NCBI GenBank assembly: GCA_937863465.1
Contig: CALMFG010000188.1
Location: 1-43,255 of the forward strand
Reading direction: 5' to 3'
DNA: 43,255 nt
Source of the DNA: an uncultured Clostridia bacterium
GTDB lineage: Bacteria; Bacillota; Clostridia; Christensenellales; CALMFG01
Position numbers and translations under genes: made by a program. A model generated the notes under the pieces. That model ran no database searches. It was given only the letters and a program-made list of their open reading frames with translations, and was not told the DNA's origin. This document shows positions 1-9,958 of the stretch, one piece after another (the first letter of the stretch is position 1; every line of letters begins with the position of its first letter).

Positions 1-256
1 TGAAGCATACAAAATTTACGAGAGCGAGCCGTTTCTCCATGTGCTGAAAAGCGGACTTCCCGAAATCAAGCATGTCGCGGGCTCCAACAACGTCATCATC
101 GGCTTTGAGATTGACGAGCGGAACAACCGGCTGATTCTGGTTTCGGTCATCGATAACCTAATCAAAGGCGCGGCGGGGCAGGCCGTGCAGAATATGAACG
201 TCATGTTCGGACTGGCGGAGACCGAGGGGCTTTCCGCAATCGGGCTATATCTATAG
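1..256 (+). CDS. argC: N-acetyl-gamma-glutamyl-phosphate reductase, C-terminal part (5' end outside window)
   Basis: Frame open from position 2; ArgC signature IDNLIKGAAGQAVQNMN; directly upstream of argB. Confidence 0.95.
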   Translation, partial: EAYKIYESEPFLHVLKSGLPEIKHVAGSNNVIIGFEIDERNNRLILVSVIDNLIKGAAGQAVQNMNVMFGLAETEGLSAIGLYL

Positions 257-270
257 GAGACGAGACAAAC

Positions 271-1134
271 ATGGAAAAATACATCGAGAAAGCGGGCATC
301 CTGATTGAAGCGCTGCCCTACATCCAGCAGCTGCAGGGAAAGACCGTGGTCATCAAGTACGGCGGTTCGGCGATGATGTCCGAAAGCCTGACCGAAAAAA
401 TCTTACAGGATATCATTCTTCTAAAATACGTCGGCATGAAACCCATCGTGGTGCACGGCGGGGGCAACGACATCAACAGGATGCTGGATAAGCTGGAGAT
501 TGAACCGAAATTTGTGGAAGGGCTTCGGGTGACCGACGCCGCGACCATGGACGTGGTTCAGATGGTGCTGACCGGCACCATCAACAAAAACATCGTCAGC
601 AATCTCTGCACACTGGGCGGCAAGGCCATCGGCCTTTGCGGCAAGGATGCCAACCTCATCACAGCCAAAAAACTGATTAACGCCAGCGGCGTGGATTACG
701 GCTATGTCGGCGAAGTGACCGGCGTCAACACCAAGCTTTTGGATATTCTGACCAGCGACGAGTATATTCCGGTCATTGCGCCCATCGGTACCGACGAGAA
801 GGGCAACACCTACAACATCAACGCCGATACGGTGGCGGGCGAGATTGCCGTGGCGACAAAAGCCGAGAAACTGATGTTTCTGACCGACACCGACGGCATA
901 AGGCGCGACCCCAAAGACCCGGATTCGCTGATTCATATCATCTCGGAAGGCGAGATCAACGAGATGATTCACACCGGTCAGATCAACGGGGGCATGCTGC
1001 CCAAGGTGGCCGGGTGCATCCGGGCGCTGGACAACGGCGTTAACCGCACGCATATTTTGAACGGAACCATCGAGCACCCGATTATTCTGGAGATTTTCAC
1101 CGATGCGGGTATTGGAACCATGGTCTATAAATAA
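271..1134 (+). CDS. argB: Acetylglutamate kinase
   Basis: VIKYGG, VHGGG, GLRVTD, NINAD and GGMLPK motifs; AGGAG RBS at 255-259. Confidence 0.97.
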   Translation: MEKYIEKAGILIEALPYIQQLQGKTVVIKYGGSAMMSESLTEKILQDIILLKYVGMKPIVVHGGGNDINRMLDKLEIEPKFVEGLRVTDAATMDVVQMVLTGTINKNIVSNLCTLGGKAIGLCGKDANLITAKKLINASGVDYGYVGEVTGVNTKLLDILTSDEYIPVIAPIGTDEKGNTYNINADTVAGEIAVATKAEKLMFLTDTDGIRRDPKDPDSLIHIISEGEINEMIHTGQINGGMLPKVAGCIRALDNGVNRTHILNGTIEHPIILEIFTDAGIGTMVYK

Positions 1135-1144
1135 GAGGAATGCG

Positions 1145-2338
1145 ATGAACTATCAGGAAATTAAGCAAATTGAAAATACGCATTATGTCGATGTGTTCGG
1201 ACGACTGGACGTCTGCTTTACCAAGGGCAGGGGCACAACGCTGATTGAAAAACGCGGGAAACACTACAGCGACTTCTTAAGCGGCATCGCGGTCAACGCG
1301 CTGGGGTATTCGGACGCGGGTTTTAAACGGGCGTTAAAGAAACAGACAGATAAGCTGCTGCATACCGGCAACTACTTCTATATTGAAAGTCAGTCCGAGC
1401 TGGTGAAAGCGCTGGTGGCGGCCACGGGGTACGACCGCGTGTTTATCGCCAACAGCGGCGCCGAGGCGGTGGAAGCCGCGATTAAGCTGGCGAGGAAATA
1501 CTTCTACGACAAAGGCGAAAACAAAACCGAGATTATCACCATGGATGGCAGTTTCCACGGCCGAACACTGGCGACCTTGGCGGCCACGGGACAGAGCAAG
1601 TTCCACGAGGCCTATAAGCCGCTTTTGGAAGGCTTCAAGTATGTGCCTTTCCAGAAAATTGGCGCGCTGAAGGAAGCGATCACCGACAAAACATGCGCGG
1701 TACTGATTGAACCGGTGCAGGGCGAAGGCGGTGTGATGCCCGCGGGAGAAGTCTACTATCAGACGGTGCGGCAGATCTGCGACGAAGCCGGAATCCTGAT
1801 GATTGCGGATGAGATTCAAACCGGCATCGGGCGGTGCGGGCAGTTTTTGGCCTCGCAGGTGTATGGCGTGAAACCGGATATCGTGTGCCTGGCTAAATCG
1901 CTGGGCAACGGCCTGCCCATCGGCGCTATGCTGGCGACAGAAAACACGGCGCAAGCCTTTAAAACCGGCGACCACGGTTCCACCTTCGGGGGCAACCATC
2001 TGGTGTGCGCGGGCGCGGCGTATGTGGTGAAGAAAATCAGCGATGAAAAATTCCTGGCTGGGGTTCGGAGCATTTCGGAATACTTCATGCGAAAACTGGA
2101 GCCGCTCGAACGATTCCCGCAGGTGGAGAGCGTTCGGGGGTTAGGGCTGATGCTGGCGGTGGCCTTCTATGAAGGGTTCAGCGCCAAGAACTATCAAAAA
2201 GCATTGCTGGACGCCGGGTTTGTGGCGGCCACGGCGGGGCAGAACACCTTGCGGTTTCTGCCGCCCTACATCGTAAAGAAAAAGCAAATTGATGAACTGG
2301 TCAACGCGTTGGAAACGATTTTAACCGGCGAAAAATAG
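1145..2338 (+). CDS. argD: Acetylornithine aminotransferase (class III PLP)
   Basis: NSGAEA, SFHGRT, EPVQGEGG, DEIQTGIGR, AKSLG and STFGGN motifs; ATG 1145 follows AGAGGA and is preferred to 1103, which overlaps argB. Confidence 0.93.
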   Translation: MNYQEIKQIENTHYVDVFGRLDVCFTKGRGTTLIEKRGKHYSDFLSGIAVNALGYSDAGFKRALKKQTDKLLHTGNYFYIESQSELVKALVAATGYDRVFIANSGAEAVEAAIKLARKYFYDKGENKTEIITMDGSFHGRTLATLAATGQSKFHEAYKPLLEGFKYVPFQKIGALKEAITDKTCAVLIEPVQGEGGVMPAGEVYYQTVRQICDEAGILMIADEIQTGIGRCGQFLASQVYGVKPDIVCLAKSLGNGLPIGAMLATENTAQAFKTGDHGSTFGGNHLVCAGAAYVVKKISDEKFLAGVRSISEYFMRKLEPLERFPQVESVRGLGLMLAVAFYEGFSAKNYQKALLDAGFVAATAGQNTLRFLPPYIVKKKQIDELVNALETILTGEK

Positions 2339-2350
2339 AGGAGAAGAAAA

Positions 2351-3307
2351 ATGGACTTAAAAAAATACAAAGCAAAAGCGAAATTCAACCAGAAACACTG
2401 TCTGGGTCTGGAAGGCTACACCACCGACGAGATTCTGCAGGTGCTGGCACTGGCGTTTGAGTTAAAAGAAAAACAGAAGAAAGGCATCCCGCATAAATTG
2501 CTGGAAGGCAAAACGCTGGCCATGATCTTTGAAAAATCATCGACCAGGACGCGGGTATCCTTTGAGACCGGCATCTTCCAGTTGGGCGGACAGGGCCTGT
2601 TCCTCTCCTCCAGCGACCTGCAGATGGGCCGCGGCGAGCCGATTAAGGACACATCCAAGGTTATCAGCAGTATGTGCGACGGCATCATGATTCGGACATT
2701 TGCGCAATCCATCGTGGAGGAACTGGCCGAGTATTCCAGCGTGCCGGTCATCAACGGCTTAACCGATCTTCTGCATCCGTGTCAGGCGCTGGCCGACGTG
2801 ATGACCTTCTACGAAGTGCATGGTACGTTCGAGGGAAAGCTGATGTGCTACGTGGGCGACGGCAACAATGTGGCGCATTCGCTGATGATGGCCTGCGCGA
2901 AAATCGGCCTCGATCTGGCACTTGCCTGCCCCGAAGACCATATGCCCGACCCTGAAATGATGAAGAAAATTTCGCAGGAAGCGACCAAGAACGGCGTGGC
3001 CATATCCATCTATGACGACCCCAAAAAAGCGGTTATCGGCGCGGACGCCATCTACACCGACGTTTGGACCAGCATGGGACAGGAAGCGGACGCCGCCAAG
3101 AAGCAGGCCGCGCTATCGGCCTATCAGGTGGATGAAGCGCTCATCGCCCGGGCCAATGACGACTGTATTTTCCTGCACTGCCTGCCCGCCCACCGTGGTG
3201 AAGAGGTAACCAGCGGTGTTATCGACGGTGTCCAGTCAGCGGTCTACATCCAGGCTGAAAACCGCATGCATGTGCAAAAAGCGCTGATGGCGCTCTTGAT
3301 GAAGTAA
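2351..3307 (+). CDS. argF: Ornithine carbamoyltransferase
   Basis: STRT, HPCQ, DVWTSMGQE and HCLP motifs. Confidence 0.97.
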   Translation: MDLKKYKAKAKFNQKHCLGLEGYTTDEILQVLALAFELKEKQKKGIPHKLLEGKTLAMIFEKSSTRTRVSFETGIFQLGGQGLFLSSSDLQMGRGEPIKDTSKVISSMCDGIMIRTFAQSIVEELAEYSSVPVINGLTDLLHPCQALADVMTFYEVHGTFEGKLMCYVGDGNNVAHSLMMACAKIGLDLALACPEDHMPDPEMMKKISQEATKNGVAISIYDDPKKAVIGADAIYTDVWTSMGQEADAAKKQAALSAYQVDEALIARANDDCIFLHCLPAHRGEEVTSGVIDGVQSAVYIQAENRMHVQKALMALLMK

Positions 3308-3819
3308 TGCAGACGGTTGAACTTTTGCCCGCCGTGGTGGCGGACGCCGAAGCCATTTTTGCGCTGACGCATAAGTGCTTTATCGCTTATGCCGAAAAGA
3401 TTTTAAAGGACGGCAAAATTGAGGCGCTGACCGAGACGCTGGAAGACGTGAAACGGGATATTAGAGAGAAGCATGTCATCAAGTGTGTACTGGACGGCGA
3501 AATTGTCGGCTCGGTGCGGTACGAGATTCTGGATGATGACATCGCGTACCTGACACGATTCGGTGTGGACCCCGAGATTCAGTCGCTGGGGCTGGGCAGT
3601 CTTTTGATAGAGAAAGTGGCGGGGGAATGTGCGGCCAAAGGCGTGAAAGCGATTACGCTGTTTACGGCTTCTAAGATGACTTCGTCGGTGGCTTTCTACA
3701 TGAAGCATGGATACTATGTGCACAGTATCACGCGGGACAAGGGCTATATCCGCGCGTTTCTGGTGAAGGAGCTTTTACCCATGGACGAGCTCTACGATTT
3801 TGAGAAGGTACTGAAATAA
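3307..3819 (+). CDS. GNAT-family N-acetyltransferase
   Basis: Motif A-like VDPEIQSLGLGSLL and C-terminal FYMKHGY; TAATG overlap with the argF stop. Confidence 0.85.
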   Translation: MQTVELLPAVVADAEAIFALTHKCFIAYAEKILKDGKIEALTETLEDVKRDIREKHVIKCVLDGEIVGSVRYEILDDDIAYLTRFGVDPEIQSLGLGSLLIEKVAGECAAKGVKAITLFTASKMTSSVAFYMKHGYYVHSITRDKGYIRAFLVKELLPMDELYDFEKVLK

Positions 3820-3824
3820 TGAAT

Positions 3825-3856
3825 AGCGGCTGCCTGGTGCGGCCGCTTTTTTGTTT
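3825..3856 (+). terminator. Intrinsic terminator of the arg operon
   Basis: AGCGGCTGC/GCGGCCGCT 9-bp stem (one G-U) followed by TTTTTGTTT. Confidence 0.85.
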
Positions 3857-3951
3857 ATCCTAAAATCAAAAATCTGTCGCAAAACCGCTGGAATTTTGAT
3901 ATGATACTTATGTTTTATTCTTAAGACTACTTTTCACTTAAAGGGTATGCG

Positions 3952-5427
3952 ATGCTATTTAATTCGGTCAGCTTTCTGATATTTTTCCCCATCGTGCTGG
4001 TGCTGTATTTCTATCTGCCCCAGAAACTTCGGTGGATGATGCTTCTCGCGGCCTCATACATTTTCTATATGTTCTGGGAGCCCAAATACATCGTCCTCAT
4101 CGTCTTTGTGACGCTGGTTAATTACGCGGCAAGCCTGCTAATCGCAAAAGCCGAGAAGAAGGGGGCCAAGCGCCTGTGGTTGACAGCAGGGCTGATAATC
4201 AGCCTGGGTCTTCTGGTCGTTTTTAAATACGCGTCGTTCTTCAATGAAAGCACGCGTGCGCTGTTCAGCCTGATGGGGTTCAATTACCCGGTCAAGCAGT
4301 TTTCATTGATTCTGCCCATGGGCATCTCGTTTTTCACCTTTCAATCCTTAAGCTACACCATCGACGTGTACCGCGGCAGAACGCCGGTGGAAAAGCATGT
4401 CGGCTACTTTGCGCTGTATGTTTCCTACTTCCCGCAGTTGGTCGCGGGCCCGATTGAGCGCTCGGACAATCTGCTGCCTCAGCTGAAAAAAGAATTTGTT
4501 TTTGACTATGACCGTGCGGTGCAGGGACTCCAACGCATGCTGTACGGTTTTTTCCTAAAGATTTTCATCGCGGACAATATCGCCAAATGCGTCAACGTGG
4601 TATATGATAATCCTTCGGCTTTTTCGGGGCTGGCGTACATCGGTGCCACATTCCTGTTTGCCATCCAGATATTCTGCGACTTTGCGGGCTATTCCGAAAT
4701 CGCCATCGGTTCGGCCAAGGTGATGGGCATCGACCTCATGGAAAACTTCCGCCAGCCGTATTTCGCCACATCGGTCAAGGATTTCTGGCACCGCTGGCAT
4801 ATCTCGCTGTCCACCTGGTTTGGGGATTATGTCTACATTCCGTTGGGCGGCAGCCGCGTAAAACCCGCGCGCAAGTACTTCAACATCATGGCGGTATTCC
4901 TGCTGTCCGGCCTGTGGCACGGCGCGGCATGGACGTTTGTCATCTGGGGATTTCTGCATGGGGCCATGCGCGTCATCGAAGAATTTTTTGCAAAACCGAG
5001 AAAGGCGCTGGAATCGCAGCTTTCGGGCGGACGAAAAAATGCCTATCGTGTAACCTCGGCGATACTGGTATTTCTGTTCGTATGCTTCGGGTGGATATTC
5101 TTCCGCGCCAACAGCGTGGGAGACGCGTTCTACATCGTATCGCATCTGTTCAGCGACGTACGCCAATGGAACGAATTTGCGTATATCGACAGCGTTCGGT
5201 CGGCCATGCTGATGAAATTCACCACGGTCTTCCTGCCGCTGGTCTTTGGTCTGTCCGTCATGCTGTTTGTATGGGCTCGCAGGGAAAAACACAAGGGCAT
5301 CCACCGTATGGTGAACGGATGGCCGTCGCTGGTCCGCTGGGGAATGTACTTCGCGTTCGGTCTGATGATCTGCCTGATGTTCATTTTGGGCAACAGCGAA
5401 GCACAGTTCATCTACTTCCAGTTCTAA
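3952..5427 (+). CDS. MBOAT O-acyltransferase, AlgI/PatA/DltB-like
   Basis: MLFNS start, LPMGISFFTFQ, FPQLVAGPIER, DFAGYS, FWHRWHISLSTW, SGLWHGA and C-terminal FIYFQF. Confidence 0.93.
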   Translation: MLFNSVSFLIFFPIVLVLYFYLPQKLRWMMLLAASYIFYMFWEPKYIVLIVFVTLVNYAASLLIAKAEKKGAKRLWLTAGLIISLGLLVVFKYASFFNESTRALFSLMGFNYPVKQFSLILPMGISFFTFQSLSYTIDVYRGRTPVEKHVGYFALYVSYFPQLVAGPIERSDNLLPQLKKEFVFDYDRAVQGLQRMLYGFFLKIFIADNIAKCVNVVYDNPSAFSGLAYIGATFLFAIQIFCDFAGYSEIAIGSAKVMGIDLMENFRQPYFATSVKDFWHRWHISLSTWFGDYVYIPLGGSRVKPARKYFNIMAVFLLSGLWHGAAWTFVIWGFLHGAMRVIEEFFAKPRKALESQLSGGRKNAYRVTSAILVFLFVCFGWIFFRANSVGDAFYIVSHLFSDVRQWNEFAYIDSVRSAMLMKFTTVFLPLVFGLSVMLFVWARREKHKGIHRMVNGWPSLVRWGMYFAFGLMICLMFILGNSEAQFIYFQF

Positions 5428-5437
5428 GGTTTGTGAT

Positions 5438-6406
5438 ATGAAAAAACTTCTGCTGAAACTGCTGCTGATCGCCGTCATCATTCTCCTGCCTCTGGAGGGG
5501 CTGCTCTTTTTTGCGCCCATGTGGTATCAGAACACCGACTATGTCATGTGGAAGGCGGCATGGGAAATGTGTACACAGGAACGTGAGGCCCTGATTATCG
5601 GAGATTCCAGAGCCAAAGCCGCCATCATGCCGAACATGCTGGATGACGACACCGCATCCATCACGGTGGGCGGGGGAACGCCGGCCGAAGGCTACTATAT
5701 GCTGGAACGGTATCTAATGTATAACGAACCGCCGGAATATATCGTGCTTTCCTACGCGCCGTTTGACCTTACGGAACATGGATGGCTGTGGTACCGCACG
5801 GTGAAATATGGGTTTCTTTCTTTTAAAGAACAGGCCGAAATCGTCAGCGCATATCCGCACAGCGCTTCCGGCCTGATGAAGGACTGTGCCAAGCTGGTGC
5901 TGTATCGTGTGAAATACCCCAAGTATTACATGGCCGAACTGCGGGACTTTATCCTGCACCCCACGGAGAATATCGTCAAAAACAAGGCGACCTGCGCGCG
6001 CCTCAACCTGCTAGACGGATATCATTGGTTTTCGCAAAGGACGTATTCAGCTGATTTGAACGTCGAGGCCGGATATGCCGACTTTACGCCGAACGCGGTT
6101 CTGGACGATTACTTGAACCGCATCTTAACGCTGTGCGCGGAGAATGGAATCACAGTCTACTATGCGACCATGCCGATGAACGAAGCGTCCTTCTCGGCGC
6201 TGACGCCGGCCTATCAGGTCAGCTATGCCGAATACATTGACAGCCTGACGGCGGCGCATGCGAATATGACCGTGCTGTATGACTTGTCGGCCAGACCCAA
6301 CAGTTGGTTTTCGGACAGCAGTCACATGAATGAGAGCGGCGCCAGAGCGTTTACCGAGGAGTTTGCGGCGGCGCTGGCCCTGGCAAGGGAGGCAGAAACC
6401 CGTTGA
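5438..6406 (+). CDS. Membrane-anchored SGNH/GDSL-like protein (AlgJ/DltD-like partner), paralogue 1
   Basis: N-terminal hydrophobic anchor; GDSRA and DSSHMN motifs; adjacent to MBOAT. Confidence 0.75.
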   Translation: MKKLLLKLLLIAVIILLPLEGLLFFAPMWYQNTDYVMWKAAWEMCTQEREALIIGDSRAKAAIMPNMLDDDTASITVGGGTPAEGYYMLERYLMYNEPPEYIVLSYAPFDLTEHGWLWYRTVKYGFLSFKEQAEIVSAYPHSASGLMKDCAKLVLYRVKYPKYYMAELRDFILHPTENIVKNKATCARLNLLDGYHWFSQRTYSADLNVEAGYADFTPNAVLDDYLNRILTLCAENGITVYYATMPMNEASFSALTPAYQVSYAEYIDSLTAAHANMTVLYDLSARPNSWFSDSSHMNESGARAFTEEFAAALALAREAETR

Positions 6407-7383
6407 AAAAACTGCTGATTAAACTGATTATTTTTTTAGCCGTCTTTTGGGGGCTGTTTGCGGCGGCGGTGCTGGTTTTTCCGAAGTACCTGTATAACGA
6501 TGAATATGCGCTGTATACCTATACGAAAGGTGCGCTCACTGAAACACACGACGTGCTGATATTGGGAGATTCCCGCGCGCAGGCCGGTATTCTGGCGGAA
6601 GATTTCTCATCGGACGTTCAATCGCTGGCACTGCCCGGCGGCACGGCTGTGGAAGGGTATTATGTGCTGAAAGATTATCTCGCCCAAAACCCGGCGCCAG
6701 AGGCAATCATCATCTCCTATGCGCCCTACCATTTTGAGCTGGGCGAGACGTACTGGGAACGGGCGGTGAAGTTTAACTTTCTTTCACCGGCGCAGAGCTT
6801 GGCGATGGTGACCGATTCGGTCAGACTTCAGGACGATATCGAACTTCGGGGGAACGGCGCAAACGGCGCGGTTTGGCAGGTCGGCAGACTTCTGCTTTAC
6901 CAGTTGAAGTTTCCGCCGTACTACTTGGCCGACGTATCCGCGGGGCTGACGAAGGGCGCGAGAAACGCCGACTGGTATCGGAGTGTGACGGCTCAGGTCC
7001 GTGAAGGCCGCGGGCATTTCTACTTTGGACGCGACGAAAAGGCCGAAGCGCCGAATTCCGAAACCGCGCGAACTGATTTTGAAGAATCGGCGCTGATCGG
7101 CGAATACTTTGATCGTTTGCTGACGCTTGCCGAAGAAAACGACATCACCGTATATTTTTTCTGTGCGCCCATGAGCGAAATATCCGAGCAGGCGATGGAC
7201 GATGATTTTGTAAACGGGTTTCAGGCCATGATGGCCGGGGTGCAAAAAGCACACCCGTCGGCGGTGATTGACGCGTCGTTTCACTATCTGCCGGATGGAT
7301 ATTTCGGCGATGAGAGCCATGTGAACCCGAAAGGCGCCGAATGGTTCACCGAGTATATTCAGCAGAAAACGGGAATTGAATAA
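6403..7383 (+). CDS. Membrane-anchored SGNH/GDSL-like protein, paralogue 2
   Basis: TTG start overlapping the previous stop; GDSRA, SYAP and DESHVN motifs; colinear similarity to paralogue 1. Confidence 0.75.
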   Translation: MKKLLIKLIIFLAVFWGLFAAAVLVFPKYLYNDEYALYTYTKGALTETHDVLILGDSRAQAGILAEDFSSDVQSLALPGGTAVEGYYVLKDYLAQNPAPEAIIISYAPYHFELGETYWERAVKFNFLSPAQSLAMVTDSVRLQDDIELRGNGANGAVWQVGRLLLYQLKFPPYYLADVSAGLTKGARNADWYRSVTAQVREGRGHFYFGRDEKAEAPNSETARTDFEESALIGEYFDRLLTLAEENDITVYFFCAPMSEISEQAMDDDFVNGFQAMMAGVQKAHPSAVIDASFHYLPDGYFGDESHVNPKGAEWFTEYIQQKTGIE

Positions 7384-7386
7384 AAC

Positions 7387-7420
7387 AAAAAACGGATACG
7401 TGAGTATCCGTTTTGATTTT
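7387..7420. terminator. Bidirectional intrinsic terminator between convergent genes
   Basis: AAAACGGATAC-GTGA-GTATCCGTTTT perfect inverted repeat with A tract before and T tract after. Confidence 0.85.
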
Positions 7421-7436
7421 TCTCTTTATAATTTTT

Positions 7437-8084
7437 TTATGCGTATTTATCGACCAGATAGGTTTCCACAATGTCTTTAATCTGATACGGGCTGTCTACG
7501 ATGTAGTCAGGGTTTTCTTCCACCAGATGCGAAAGGCCGTCGAATCCCCAGGACGCCGCGATGACCTTGACCCGCGCTTTTTTACAGGCCAGAATGTCGC
7601 GCACTTCGTCGCCGACATACAGCACTTCGTCGGGCTCCAGATCGTTTTCCTTTAAAAAGCTTTTGATGAACTTGTGCTTTTTAAACAGCTTTTGCACCGA
7701 GATGATGCTGTCGAAATGGTCCACGTCGTTTTGCGCCAGCAGGCTGTGAATGTTGTCTTTCGAATTGGATGAGATGATGGAAAGTCCCACGCCGTAGTCT
7801 TCCAGGTCGTTTAGCAGATCGACGATGCCGTCAAACAGGGTGATACTGCTGATATGGCGCATAAAAGAAAGGCAACCTTCCACCCAGTACTTGGGTATCT
7901 GGTACCATTTGACGTTAAGCGCTTTAATCGCATCCTTCAAGGGCATTTTCGTCAGCTGCTGGTACTGCTCATGCGTGAACAGCGGCAGGTCGAATTTTGT
8001 GCAAACGTCATTTGCCACATGGAAAAAAACCGATTCAGAATCGGCCAGAGTTCCGTCGAAGTCAAAAATGATCTGTTTAATCAA
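7437..8084 (-). CDS. HAD-family hydrolase (phosphoglycolate phosphatase-like)
   Basis: FDFDGTLADS motif I, SSN motif II, YVGDEVRDI motif IV; TTG start with GGGGA RBS. Confidence 0.9.
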   Translation of the reverse strand: MIKQIIFDFDGTLADSESVFFHVANDVCTKFDLPLFTHEQYQQLTKMPLKDAIKALNVKWYQIPKYWVEGCLSFMRHISSITLFDGIVDLLNDLEDYGVGLSIISSNSKDNIHSLLAQNDVDHFDSIISVQKLFKKHKFIKSFLKENDLEPDEVLYVGDEVRDILACKKARVKVIAASWGFDGLSHLVEENPDYIVDSPYQIKDIVETYLVDKYA

Positions 8085-8282
8085 AATGCTTTTCCCCAGT
8101 TATTTAAGTCAGTATTTAAGTTAACTTATTATACCAACATCAATTCATCTCATCAATATGTTTATTGCTGTGAATCGTTAACATCGTGTAAATTTTAACG
8201 TAAATCCGTATAAAATATAAAAATATGGAAGTGAAAAAGAAAAAAACAGCGATAACCCGCTGTGCGCGTTGACACGCAAGTA

Positions 8283-8291
8283 TGATATAAT
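8283..8291 (+). promoter_or_regulatory. Extended -10 sigma-A promoter for the YhhN-YitT genes
   Basis: TGaTATAAT shortly upstream of a GGGAGG RBS. Confidence 0.55.
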
Positions 8292-8313
8292 CACTTGAAG
8301 CGAGGGAGGGTTT

Positions 8314-9018
8314 ATGGTCTATTTATACATTGCATTTATACTCTACGTTGGTTTTGCGGCGGCATATATTGTGGCCGATTACGGAAACAGAAGCAAGCTG
8401 AAGCGGGCGACCAAGATTCCGGCGGGCGTTCTGTATCTGGTCATTGCCCTGCTGGCATTTTTCCTGAACCGCGTGGATGGCAAGCTCGCGGCGGTTCAGC
8501 ACTTTGCCTGGGTGTTCGGCGCCATGCTTTGCTGCTTTGCCGGGGATATGATGATGCTGGGCGCGGGCGGAAGCAAAAAACGGATGCTGCTGGGCATGCT
8601 GGCGTTCTTCGCGGCGCATATCCTGCTGGCGGTTTACTTTACGCTGTATCTGCTGCGCACCGGCGCGCCGGCTGTCAGCCTGACCGAAGGCTTGATCATT
8701 CTGGCGGGGGCGGTGCTGGCGGGGCTTTTCCTGCGGATCAGAAAGCTGGATCTCGGTACACGCGGATTTAAAGCGATAGCGTTTATCTTTTTCATGTCGT
8801 CGGTCATCATGATCGCCAAAGCGGTTTCACTGATCAAGATGATGAATACCAACGCATCCTGGCCCACGCTGGTCGGCGTGCTGTTTATGGCGGCTTCGGA
8901 TTTCTTTTTGGCGTATAAATATTTCAGCACCGAAAAGAGCACCTATGCGCTGGGTACCGCACTGACCTTGTACTTTGCGGGCATGGCGGCGCTTCCCTTA
9001 AGCATCTATTATATCTAA
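8314..9018 (+). CDS. YhhN / lysoplasmalogenase-like membrane protein
   Basis: Multiple TM helices with TK, AGD, GMLAFFAAH and SDFFLA motifs. Confidence 0.75.
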   Translation: MVYLYIAFILYVGFAAAYIVADYGNRSKLKRATKIPAGVLYLVIALLAFFLNRVDGKLAAVQHFAWVFGAMLCCFAGDMMMLGAGGSKKRMLLGMLAFFAAHILLAVYFTLYLLRTGAPAVSLTEGLIILAGAVLAGLFLRIRKLDLGTRGFKAIAFIFFMSSVIMIAKAVSLIKMMNTNASWPTLVGVLFMAASDFFLAYKYFSTEKSTYALGTALTLYFAGMAALPLSIYYI

Positions 9019-9036
9019 TTCGTTTAGAGCAATTGT

Positions 9037-9909
9037 ATGGTGAAGGATATTATTAACAAAAAAACAGACGCGGTCAAAAATAACCGATATATCAGAGAAT
9101 ATGCCCTGATTGTGGCGGGCGTTTTGCTGGCCAGCTTCGGGCTGGACGGATTTCTCATCCCCAACAAAATCGCGGCGGGCGGAGTGAGCGGCATCGCGAC
9201 CATCCTCTATTATCTGTTCGGTTTTCCCGTGGGCGTCACCATGCTGGTCATCAATATTCCGCTGTTTATCGCGGGCGGCAAGGTGGCGGGCAGGGCGTTC
9301 TTTTTCCGCACACTGATGGCGACGATACTGATGTCTTTGTATATCGATCTGGTGCCGACGCCGGTGATGACGACCGACATGATTCTGGCCACGGTGTACG
9401 GCGGGACGCTGGTCGGAATCGGTCTCGGGCTCACCATATACGCCGGAGCGACCACCGGCGGGTCGGATATGGCGGCCAAGATTCTGCATGCGCGCGTTCC
9501 AAAAATCAGTGTGGCGACATTTTTATTCGTCATCGATGTGGCGGTGGTGCTGGCCGCGGCGCTGGTGATGGGCGCGGCTGTGGCGCTGTATGCCATCGCC
9601 TCGCTGTATATCTCATCCAAGCTCATCGATGTGGTGGTGGCCGGATTCAAGACCGGTAAAGCCTATTTCATCATCACGACCAAGCCGGACGAGATTAAGA
9701 AAGGCATCATTGAGGAGTTGGACCGGGGCGTCACCATCATCTCGGCGACGGGCGGATATTCGGGTGAGGAGAAGGCGGTGCTGCTGTGCGCCATCCGACG
9801 GAACGCCGAAGTGGTTGCCCTGAAGCGGCTGGTGGCCCGGGTGGATGAAAAAGCGTTCATGATTGCGACCAATGTGACCGAAGTGCTGGGCGAAGGATTT
9901 AATGATTAG
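9037..9909 (+). CDS. YitT-family membrane protein
   Basis: GGVSGIA, NIPLF and TTGGSD motifs; C-terminal RGVT...D.KAF...EVLGEGF domain. Confidence 0.9.
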   Translation: MVKDIINKKTDAVKNNRYIREYALIVAGVLLASFGLDGFLIPNKIAAGGVSGIATILYYLFGFPVGVTMLVINIPLFIAGGKVAGRAFFFRTLMATILMSLYIDLVPTPVMTTDMILATVYGGTLVGIGLGLTIYAGATTGGSDMAAKILHARVPKISVATFLFVIDVAVVLAAALVMGAAVALYAIASLYISSKLIDVVVAGFKTGKAYFIITTKPDEIKKGIIEELDRGVTIISATGGYSGEEKAVLLCAIRRNAEVVALKRLVARVDEKAFMIATNVTEVLGEGFND

Positions 9910-9929
9910 CAAACCTTTTTCTAAAAGGG

Positions 9930-9958
9930 TTGTTAAATATTTTTAATTGGTCTATGAT
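9930..9958 (+). promoter_or_regulatory. Putative sigma-A promoter for the MATE-flavodoxin operon
   Basis: TTGTTA-17 bp-TATGAT in an AT-rich spacer. Confidence 0.55.
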
